Shown: piece after piece, positions 1 to 11,441 of the stretch
How the letters are laid out: every line of letters starts with the position of its first letter
How positions within the stretch are numbered: position 1 is the first letter of the stretch
Assembly (NCBI RefSeq): GCF_001194135.2
Contig: NC_068991.1
Coordinates: 7,834,127 to 7,898,126 of the forward strand
Direction: 5' to 3'
Source of the DNA: Octopus bimaculoides
Lineage: Eukaryota
DNA length: 64,000 nt
Made by a program: the position numbers and the translations under genes
The notes under the pieces: generated by a model
Databases searched by the model: none
What the model was told of the DNA's origin: nothing
The model's input: the letters and a program-made list of their open reading frames with translations, nothing else

Positions 1-395
1 GTAATAAATTCATTGGGTTCCTAACAACAACTTGAATGTACCAAAGTTACTGCTGACAAAGTTCACATCTCCGAAATAGTTTATTTTCTGAAAACTGTAA
101 CGAATGTCAATGTCATTAATTAACTGTAATTATTTATATATATAAAAAAAAATAATAATCCAATAAATCCATAACATGTGTCTGTAGAAAGAGAAGCATA
201 TGAAGTATAGAAAATTTCTATATAGCTGTCTGCTGAACAGAATAATTTGTAAAAAGGTTTCACATATATCTAACATATTTCAGGTACACATACACACACA
301 GTAAAAGAATTCTTGAGGTAAAAATTCATATTTTATTTCGTTTATCAGCTGGTAAAAAAAAAAAAAAAAAAAAAAAAAAGATGTATATACAAAAC

Positions 396-806
396 TTAAT
401 GACTGTGGGTCATCAAAGTATCGGGTGCATGTGTTGAGGGTGAAGAGGGTTCCGAAGCGGATTGGTGAAGTCGGCCGTCGAAAGACTGCCGAGATTGGTT
501 CAGCAAGACAGTCTTTAGTCTTTGCTTGATGTCTTCTGTCGAGGGTGATGGTTTGATGGTCAGACTGTTGGAGTGCATCAGACTACGGGGTATGGCTGCC
601 AATTTCACTGTACAAGGTTTGATGAGTTTGCGAGGGTCCAGCCCAGACATATCTGCTCCTGTAGGGTCCCCTCCCAATGGTGGCCCAGCCATGCCCAACA
701 TGGCAGGCGTAGACAATGTTCTGGACAGGGGTCCACTGTTTGAAATGGCTATCAGATCCCTGCTTCCGCCTGTCAGATCTATTGGTTCCACAGAAGACAT
801 TTTAGC
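396..806 (-). CDS. CABIN1: CABIN1 last coding exon with MEF2-binding-like motif ([19 protein letters not shown]) and TAA stop
   Basis: ctgcag|GCTAAAATG..., 411 nt to TAA; [12 protein letters not shown] resembles vertebrate EETKQKLKSAIL. Confidence 0.88.
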   Translation of the reverse strand, partial: AKMSSVEPIDLTGGSRDLIAISNSGPLSRTLSTPAMLGMAGPPLGGDPTGADMSGLDPRKLIKPCTVKLAAIPRSLMHSNSLTIKPSPSTEDIKQRLKTVLLNQSRQSFDGRLHQSASEPSSPSTHAPDTLMTHSH

Positions 807-1794
807 CTGCAGAAATAACGAGGAGCTGGGTTAGACTTGACTTAAAATCCAAGTCACCAGTTGAGCCAGTAAGGGACTAGCTTTGCTCACTGACAATGCT
901 TGGGTAGAGACAAGTCAGTATCTACTTTGTACACAAACATACACACTCGCATTTATAGAAAATAGTTAAGTTACACTTACTTAGATACTTAGGTACAAAA
1001 AATACATTTTAGTTAATGTAAAAAAAAAATAAAATAAAGAACATGGAAACAAAAATAATCAATTCTTAAAAGACCCCTTAAAATTTTAAAGAAAATGTTT
1101 ATATATATAAAAATGATAAAAAAATTTTTTTTTACTAGGTTTTAAGTAAATGAACATTGATGACATATATAAAATTATTAATATACATTAAGGAAAACTT
1201 TATATGTCCAAAACAAACGTCTATTAAATAACTCAGTAGAAACGAATATAATTGAAGTAATTAAATGAGATGTCAAAGCACTAAACTAAGCCAAATGGTT
1301 CTGAATTAAAAGCATGTTTCTGTGATTTGGAAAAGAGAGAAAATTAATTAACGACAATGAGTGAAGATTAATTAACAAATGAAATGTAAAATGTAAATTG
1401 GGGTTTATCTTTTCATAATTGCCAACATATTCTAAATAAGTTAATTTTAATTTTTTATAAAATAACAAATTAAAAATCTAATTAATAAAGAATTAAGGAA
1501 TGAGATGATGCTAAAAGCACAACAGAAGAAATGACAATTGTAAGAGTAAAAAAAATGAGAAAAGAATTATAAAGAACTATATGTATGTGTGTGTGTGTGT
1601 GTGTGTGTAGAAAAGAAGGAGAGAGAAAAATATACCAAGATGGAGAAAGAGAAGGAAAAAAAGAAGAGATATACATATATCAAAAGGTTTATACATTCAA
1701 ACACACACATACACACATATATATAAAATGTGTATGCATGTTTATAGACTTATCTTCCAAGATGCACTATGCCATCCTTAGGTAAGCTATTTTG

Positions 1795-1829
<35 letters not shown>

Positions 1830-4385
1830 AAAGACAGTTGCTTGTTCAACTTCATATGCGCTGCACAGAGAACAACCAGCTAGTCTACCCAAATGTACAC
1901 ACATACATGTACTTATCATATTTCTAGTTTTCCATGCATGCTTCAGTCTTCTGATTTTTACAAAGTCGTACGTTTGTATACTATAGGTAACAAGTATTTT
2001 ATGAGCTTGAAGTGCTGAGAGATCAAATCTTTTCTTTGGGTAGAACTTGCTATAGACATCCATTTCTATACACAGAGATGTCTCCCTCAAAGTTGTTTAA
2101 TGTGCAAGCTGGGCTAATCCCTAACACATTCTCACTACATATCATTCCTTGCAGACTGATTTATTCTCAGAAAGATCTTATTTCAAACAAGTCTTGATCA
2201 GTAACCATCCCAAATACTCTAGATTCCCTAATTTATCACTCCTTAATATCTCATACATTTCCTCTATCTTACATGTTGATTTAATCCTGTAAAATGAACA
2301 AATTTTTGTTAGGGGTTGATTTTGCAGGAGATCTAGTAAAGTGGGTTCACATAGACATAAGCCGTAAGCATAACTCAAGAAAAAATATTCAAGACAAAAC
2401 TAATTAATTCAGATGCCTTATTTAAGCTGTTTATAACACGAAACTAAAATGATACTTTATAATATAGATTTTATTGATGGTTATTCTTTGTTTAATTGTA
2501 AAACTGCTAACTTAATCACTGATTTATAATTTGAGGGGAGGGGGTTCTTTTCACACTTGATTTAGTTAGATTTATGAAATAATTTTATATTTGCATGAAT
2601 GTTGATTATAAAGTAAAAAAAAAGAAAATGAAATATAAATAAAAACAAACTATGTATGTCTAAAGTTAAAAAAAAGAAATTCAACAAATTTGTTTATAAA
2701 AAAAAAAACAAGAAAAAAAAATCTTTTATCAATGAAAACCATAGAGAAGGAAAGATGTCAGTTTGACTGGTTTTCAAAATATTTATTGGAATGGAATTAC
2801 AGTCAAAGAACAGGGAAGAGATTCATGAAAACATACTATAACAAGTTGTATCAGTAGAGGATAATGTTTAAAATTACGAAGTCTATAAAAACAAGGAAAT
2901 AAAAATATAATCAGCACGGCCGGTAGTCATTGCATATTTTTCTGTAATGTCATCTAACAACTGAGAACTGAGCCATTTACAATCCTTCAAATATTGTTTA
3001 AACCCATTTTAGCTAGTGCATGAATTGCTTTCACTTCACTCTCTGCTGTTTATGATGAGAATGGTTTAACCCGTTTAGGATTCAGATTATTTTGTCAAAA
3101 TGTAATGCGTATTCATTCGCAGTGTTTTGAATTAATCATGGATTATCTTGTAGCTTTGAGATTGATTTTAATGCTGTGATTGTTTGATTTTTAAAATGAC
3201 ACGGTAGGGTAGGTGTGAGAGGCCCAATTTGGCTGGTTTAAATGCTAAAGGGTTAAACAGAAGTGCAGAGTGGACAACATCAACAAAACATACATTAGAC
3301 AAGATTTGAACTGATGTAAATGGGTGGAAGTTTGTTTTGCAGTGGTTACAGAGAAATAAGCAATATCTACAGGCAGTGCAGAAAGAGAGAAAAAGAGAGA
3401 GAGAGAGAGAGAGAGAGAGTAAAACGGAAATAATAAAAAAAATAATTTAAAATGATAGGAGCAAAAGTTAGCTTAAAACGTTTGTCTAAATCAACCCTAA
3501 TATATGACATTTGGTGGAAGAATAAATATACACAGAATCAACAGAGAATTTCAGAATTTCAACAAAATTTTGAAAATCAAAGTTGAATTAGAGTGGAGAC
3601 CAGAAATAGTAGTAGTAGTAGTAGTAGTAGGTATAAGATTGCGGTTGGTTTAATGCTACAATATTTGCAAATATGTACAGAGAAAGATTAAAATTAAGAG
3701 AGTTATGGCAATACACAAACATATTCCCACACATCCATACACACACAATGACAGACACCCATCTGCAAATACATGCAGTGTGCAAGTGTATGCACACACA
3801 CACACACACACAAAGATAGATAAGAATGAAAAATACGAGAGAGAAGCTGCAGCAAATATATTTTATTTCACCGAGAGATAAAAAAATATCAAATTTCTTT
3901 TTATTTTTTGTTAATGAATTTTCTCGTTTTGAGAAATATGAAAATGAAGGGACTAGGACTAAGCAGATTCTAGGGAAACCCCCCCTTAACAAAAATAAGT
4001 ATCCAAATATCAACAACGAAAGAAACGGTGCACTATGATGGTGGTGTTTGAACTCCGAATGTAGAAAGATGAAGTTAAAATCACAACTGACAACTAAACT
4101 AGTTTTATCAAATCTAAAACCAGCAAACACAGCTTTTTGGTAATCATTCAAAATGAAAAGCATTTTACTTGTAGGGTTTTTGTTAAGAACTGATTTTATT
4201 TGTGAACTGAAGTTACTTTTAGGGTTTTATTTATTTTTTTTTTTTTAGAAAAAGAAAGACAGACATGTAGAGTAATCCATACATCTTACATTGAAAGCAT
4301 GAAAGACAAAAGGTAGTTAACATTCAGGCACTTTAAACAAAACTGCTTAAGAAATAAAACTTAATGACAGTCGTGAGGGAGGAGA

Positions 4386-4419
<34 letters not shown>

Positions 4420-7400
4420 GAAGGTGAGTCAAAAAGTAATGCCATTTTGTTTAGGACAGGTATAATTACCAACACAGGAACATGTCTCATACATCAAAAT
4501 GAAGCTGGTCCTCTGTGAATCATATCCCTACTTTTCAAGTTAGTCATCGTTTCTCTCAATAGCAGTGTTCCACCTTCGAATGAGAGCATGTATCCCTGTC
4601 CTGTAAAATTCTATTGACTGTTCTTTGAGCCACTTCTTCACTACAGTTTTCACTTCCTCGTCACTGGAATAAAGTTTGCCTCTCAAACCCTCTTTCGTGG
4701 CGCCGACGAGATGATAGTCTGAAGGCGCTAAATCTGGTGAGTGTGGAGGTAGCGAAGAAGTGGCTCAAAGAACAGTCAACAGAATTTTACGGGGCAGGGA
4801 TACATGCTCTCATTCGAAGGTGAAACATTGCTATTGAGAGAAATGGTGACTATGTTGAGAAGTAGGGATGTGATCCACAGAGGACCAGCTTCATTTTGAT
4901 GTATGATACATGTTCCTGTATTGGTAATTATACCTGTCCTAAACAAAATGGCATTACTTTTTGACTCACCCTCGTATATATAATTATATATATATNNNNN
5001 NNNNNNNNNNNNNNNNNNNNNNNNNNNNNNNNNNNNNNNNNNNNNNNNNNNNNNNNNNNNNNNNNNNNNNNNNNNNNNNNNNNNNNNNNNNNNNNNNNNN
5101 NNNNNNNNNNNNNNNNNNNNNNNNNNNNNNNNNNNNNNNNNNNNNNNNNNNNNNNNNNNNNNNNNNNNNNNNNNNNNNNNNNNNNNNNNNNNNNNNNNNN
5201 NNNNNNNNNNNNNNNNNNNNNNNNNNNNNNNNNNNNNNNNNNNNNNNNNNNNNNNNNNNNNNNNNNNNNNNNNNNNNNNNNNNNNNNNNNNNNNNNNNNN
5301 NNNNNNNNNNNNNNNNNNNNNNNNNNNNNNNNNNNNNNNNNNNNNNNNNNNNNNNNNNNNNNNNNNNNNNNNNNNNNNNNNNNNNNNNNNNNNNNNNNNN
5401 NNNNNNNNNNNNNNNNNNNNNNNNNNNNNNNNNNNNNNNNNNNNNNNNNNNNNNNNNNNNNNNNNNNNNNNNNNNNNNNNNNNNNNNNNNNNNNNNNNNN
5501 NNGTAATATGATAACAGGAACGGAAACATTAACAACAAGAACAATGAGAGAATCACTGCTGGTGAGAAAAGAAATCTGAAGTTGTTGAAGTTATATAATG
5601 GACAGTAAATTAACAGACCAAAACAATGGGGGTGGGGGACAAACCATAGAGGAAGTCCAATTCATACAGGAGAGAAACAATAAGTTTGAATTATAAATTT
5701 GATTTAACAGTCTGAGATTTACAAATTAACAGAAAATAGATATTTCTTTTTTCTTTCAGATAAAATTTTAAACATTTCACAAGAAAACAAAATCACTAAT
5801 CATATATATATATATATATATATATATGGGGAGAGAGGGAGAGAGAGAAAGAAAAAGAAAGGATTGGAAAGGCCTGATTAATATAGTCAAAAAACAATTA
5901 TATAATATATAATGTGTTTTAGTATCAACAAATTTGGTATAAACGATAGGTAACATAATGTAAGTATTCTTTCTCATTATTGGACAGAGTTGTACAGAGT
6001 ATGTAACATAAAGCTATGTGGTGGGAGAAAGTATTATCAGCCGTAAAGAGGGAGGCTGTTTCATAGTGTTGTTTATTAGAACAATTAACAGTGAAAGTCC
6101 CCCACTATAGGGATCAAATTGAAAATGTATAGTATTCACTGAAACTTACTAATTTTTAAGTCTAGTATCCCTAAAATTAATGAAATCAAACCAGATACAA
6201 AGTTTCTGAGAAACAAGAAAAGGAAGGACTGAATTTTATGTGTACGTTATGAAAATATATAAAATGCTCTGTTCCAGTATAGCCACAGTTAAGGTTTAAA
6301 AACCACTGGCTAAGAGAAAGAAACAAAAATCTAAGCAATCTTAGTTCTGATAAACTTGAATCACTTCAATACAATTTCCAGACAAGGTTTTATTGGACTG
6401 AAAAATTAAAATTTCGAATTTAATTTTTGATTCACTTCAATGAATAAATCTCAAGTCTTTAAAACCTGCCAGAAATATCAATAAAGTTCTAAGTTTATAG
6501 AACTAATATAAATTTATCTGGTAGAGAATGATAATTTAGATACATTTTAATTCTTTAGCTGTCAAATTTAATCATTTATTTTCTCTTCAAACCAGTTTTA
6601 ACCCTTTGCTTGTCCAAAGCATTTTCATAAGCTTCTTCTAAATGTCCATGCTCGTTTTCAGAGTTTTGATTAGCCCTTAATTCATATATTCTGAGTAATA
6701 TAAAGTTTTCCTTTCATAAGCCCCAAGTTATTCTGGTGATTGAATAAAAATAACTGGGAATGCGTATCATATCTGATGCACGGATGCCAGGAGAATATGT
6801 GTTGTGACACACAGACAGGCAAAGGGTTTAGATAACATTAAAGACGTGTGTGTGGTGGTATAAAGTCCTCACTAAATCCCTCAGGTTGTTGAATTTTATC
6901 TATTCATCATTTTAGCATTAAAAAAAAAATAATAAAGAAATGAATACATCAACGTAAGTAGTGTAATAGTATTATGAATGTTGAAGGGGTCAAATTAACA
7001 TTATCTAAACTTTTTCTTTTTTCATTGTGTTTAAAACAATAAGAAAATTTGTCCAAAAATAAAGTTTTGTTTCTGTGATGCTAGAAATGTCAAATGTGCA
7101 TCAGGAAGATTGCGGAAATAGTTTTAAAAGGAACTGAACAATTATTGAAGTTTAATATACTTGGTATATTTGTATAAGATGTAGTTCTATACATATCACA
7201 GTAGGTGTAGTGTTGGGGAAATGGAGTGAGGGTGGGGGTTGGTATGTAAAAAATTTCAACAAATAAAATTTGAGAAGGGAGAGAGGTGGAGGGAAAGATG
7301 GAGGTGGAAGGAAAGAGAGAGAGAGAAATGGAGAAAAAGAGAGGTGGAAGGAAAGAGAGAGAGGTGGGGGGAAAAGAGAGAGGCGGAAGGAAAGAGATAA

Positions 7401-8425
7401 ATGGAGGGAAAAGAGAAATGGAGGAGAAAAAGAGATGGAAGGAAAGAGAGAGGTGGAGGGAAAGAGAGAGGTGGAGGGAAAGAGAGAGGTGGAGGGAGAG
7501 AGAGGTGGGGGAAAAGAGAGAGAGGTGGAGGGAGAGAGAGAGAGGTGGAGGGAGAGAGAGAGGTGGAGGGAGAGAGAGAGAGGTGGAGGGAGAGAGAGAG
7601 GTGGAGGGAGAGAGAGAGAGGTGGAGGGAGAGAGAGAGAGGTGGAGGGAAAAGAGAGAAATGGAGAGAAAGAGAGAGAGAGATGGAGGGAAAAGAGAGAA
7701 ATGGAGGAGAAAAAGAGGTGGAAGGAAAGAGAGAGGTGGAGGGAGAGAAAGAGAAATGGAGGAAAAGAGAGAGAGAGAAGTGGCAGGAGAGAGGGAGGGA
7801 GGGATACAATAGTGTTTGGAAGAAGCACTGTTTTAAGTACCATCTTTGAGATGGTATATCTTAGAAGGGACCATAGCTTCTGAAAATATACATTTTAAAA
7901 TATAAATTTTTTTATTTTTCTGAAGAGAAAACACTCACTAGTCTGTAATTTTCCTAATAACGAACAAGCATGTCAACAATAAGAAGAATTTCTCAAATTA
8001 TTAATGAAAACAGTTTCAAAATATCGTAATCAACACAATTTATGGACAAAGGAAATAAATTTTTTTTATCCCAGCTCCCCACCCTTACCATCAAAATCAC
8101 TGACAGAGCACAAACAGGTTATTATTCTGTGTAACACTATAGACAAACATAAGAAAATCTGGATCCAAGTAATAATATAATAATAATGATAATAATAATA
8201 ATCATTTTTTCTATAGTTGGCGAAAAGCCTGAAATTTTGGGGAGGGAAGAACTAGTTGATTACATCAACCCCAGCATTCAACTGGTACTAATTTTATTAA
8301 CCCTGAGAGGATATGAAAGACAAAGTTGACCTCAGAGATATTTGAGCTCAGAATGGAAAGAATCAGAAAAAATGCTGTGAAGCATTTGGTCCAATGTGCT
8401 CATGATTCTGCTAGCTCACTGCTTT

Positions 8426-8456
<31 letters not shown>

Positions 8457-11409
8457 GAAAAAGATATTTACTCTTATTCTTCTTCAAGCCTGGACATATG
8501 CTATAGATGGAAGACGAAGTGTGGTGGTGGGGGTGGGGATAACTTAACGTGAAATTATGCCCTAATTACAAAGTGGAACCAGCAAGGAAGCAAAGAATTT
8601 ACAAGAAAAAAAAAAGAAAAGAAAGAAAACCGAAAAAGTAAAAGAAAAAAAAAATAAAGCCCATTAGCAAATATATCTATTACTACTACTGCTACTGTTG
8701 TGGACAGTAGAAGAGAAAGGTGTAGTTGGGGAAGGATGAAATGCAGAACGCACCTGAACATCAGAGGTGAGTTTCTCTGGTGGTGAAATCGAGAGTTTGT
8801 CATCATTAGTCATAGTGACAGTGGTGGGATGATGGCAGCCCAAAATTTCCCCAGGCTCTAGTTGACGGTTTCGATGGTGGGTCTGCATAGTACCATACTC
8901 GGACACTATGACCACATCACATGCCTTACTGTGACCACTGCTCAGTCCACTGCCGCTGTTCACTGCCATTTTGTTTAGGCCAATGTTCGGTATGCCGGGA
9001 GAGTGTCCAGACGATGAGGAGGAGGAAGAGGAGCCAGCCACCATCTGAGCACCACCACTGGCCATCTGATGGTGATGGCTATGCTGCCGTTGATAATCAT
9101 TCAGAATCTGTAGACAGAAAGTAGTAAACAATACAAGAAGCCAGTTCTGCTGTTTCAGAAATATTGATTTCTAACAGGCACGAAACCTCAGTTCAAGGGT
9201 TAAAGAGATATTATTATCGATTATATCGATCCCCAGTACATGACTGGTACTTTATTTTTATCACCCTCAGAAGGTTCAAAGGCAAAGTCAACTATGGTAC
9301 ACTGTTTTAAAAATGTAATAAAAAGGTTTCGGAAACACATGAAAATTTTAATTACCCAAAATATAATCAGTTTAATTAGTAGAAATTAATTTTAACTAAG
9401 GAAATAATAGGTCAATACCATTTGTGGCTTTGTATAGTGTGTATTTTCTTTTCCTTAATTTTAAGCGTTAATTTCTGCTTTGAGTCTAAAAATTAACATC
9501 AATTTCCAAACTCAAACTATTTTAACACAAAATATTTGATTTCGTAAAATTACAAACGTTGTACTAAAAGGAAAAAAAATACCTGAAATCTTCAATAATC
9601 AATTTTTCAAAACAGGTTCCTGGGCGTCAGTGTGTGTTTGTGTGTGTACATGTGGGTATATGAACATACACGTGTAATATATCACAGATATACATACATG
9701 GCCAAACTTTGCTTCAGTTAAGGGGCTCTCTAGAGTTGTGGTGACTCTACTGGTGCTGGTGCCACACAAGAAAAAGCAAACAGCACACTCTGTAAAGTGG
9801 CTGGCATTAGGAAGGACATCCAGCTACAAAAAGCAGCCTTTAGAGCATAATGCAGTCCTTCAGCTTGTCAGGTCGTGTTGAACTGTTCAACCCATGCTAG
9901 CATGGAAGATGGATGTTTAATGATGATGGTGATGAAAAATAAGATACATGGTAAAATAGAATTCCAGAACTAAGGATTATAGGAAAGGAAACAGTGCCTA
10001 CGTGTTGGCACAAAGCCAGAAACATGAAAGGAGGGTACAACATGTGGAGATTGAACGGCGAGTTTTGAGGGACCTTAAGAATTAAGCTATACAGGTTGTT
10101 AATCAGATCTTTTCTATTGATATAAAGCAGGAACTTCATCTGTCGTCATCTTTGTTGAGAACCAGAAATCACTCAGGACTAAAGTCTTCATGTCTTTTAT
10201 TTTTGCATTTTATGCAAGAAGTCTCATTTCATGTAGCTACAAATGAAGCTGAAGACAGTTCTAAATGGTGTGTTTTACAATGTACAGTGTATCAAGCATT
10301 TTGGGTGTAATCAATTTACACAAGAAATCATCATTTTAACATCTACTTTAAGGCAGATTTTCTAAGACACCCTTTCTATCATTAACCCTCACCTGTTAAT
10401 GCATGGAAAAAATATTATTTTACATAGAATGTAGCTATAGCTAATTTGTTTGATAATAAATATAAATATATCCAATAAAAATAGACTCAAAGCAGAAATA
10501 AATATACTATTACAAAAAAAAAAAAATTTATATTACTTTAAAATTCTTCAAATATGAATTTATCTTGAATTTATATTCTCTGAACAATAATGGAAATTGA
10601 ATGAAAATCTCCATATCAAATTATTACAAATTAAATTTTAAATCAAAGATACAATCTTTCATTTAAAATTTAATTTATTAATTCAATATTAAATTTAAAA
10701 ACAGATTCTCAATCAACTCTAAAAAATATTTACTTTTTTCCTTAACACTTCTACAATGAAAANNNNNNNNNNNNNNNNNNNNNNNNNNNNNNNNNNNNNN
10801 NNNNNNNNNNNNNNNNNNNNNNNNNNNNNNNNNNNNNNNNNNNNNNNNNNNNNNNNNNNNNNNNNNNNNNNNNNNNNNNNNNNNNNNNNNNNNNNNNNNN
10901 NNNNNNNNNNNNNNNNNNNNNNNNNNNNNNNNNNNNNNNNNNNNNNNNNNNNNNNNNNNNNNNNNNNNNNNNNNNNNNNNNNNNNNNNNNNNNNNNNNNN
11001 NNNNNNNNNNNNNNNNNNNNNNNNNNNNNNNNNNNNNNNNNNNNNNNNNNNNNNNNNNNNNNNNNNNNNNNNNNNNNNNNNNNNNNNNNNNNNNNNNNNN
11101 NNNNNNNNNNNNNNNNNNNNNNNNNNNNNNNNNNNNNNNNNNNNNNNNNNNNNNNNNNNNNNNNNNNNNNNNNNNNNNNNNNNNNNNNNNNNNNNNNNNN
11201 NNNNNNNNNNNNNNNNNNNNNNNNNNNNNNNNNNNNNNNNNNNNNNNNNNNNNNNNNNNNNNNNNNNNNNNNNNNNNNNNNNNNNNNNNNNNNNNNNNNN
11301 NNNNNNNNNNNNNNNNNNNNNNNNNNNNNNNNNNNNNNNNNNNNNNNNNNNNNNNNNNNNNNNNNNNNNNNNNNNNNNNNNNNNNNNNNNNNNNNNNNNN
11401 NNNNNNNNN

Positions 11410-11441
<32 letters not shown>

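Noticed and set aside
332-337. AATAAA on the minus strand about 60 nt after the stop codon
   Set aside because: The hexamer is common in this AT-rich DNA and another occurs at 80-85; the 3' end cannot be placed without transcript data.
526-834. 102-aa plus-strand ORF
   Set aside because: Antisense shadow of the last CABIN1 exon; no independent support.
796-910. Protein-like frame [19 protein letters not shown] upstream of the last-exon acceptor
   Set aside because: Bounded by stops and out of frame with the terminal exon; invoking stop-codon editing would be unsupported.
3588-4163. ORF containing ILNDYQ, the same hexapeptide that starts exon 39 (possible duplicated exon)
   Set aside because: No AG acceptor before it, similarity stops after six residues, and the rest runs into microsatellites.
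4961-5556. Long poly-X ORFs here and at every other N-run
   Set aside because: Artefacts of translating assembly gaps.
7090-7883. Six overlapping 160-240 aa ORFs
   Set aside because: Stop-free GA/CT low-complexity repeat.
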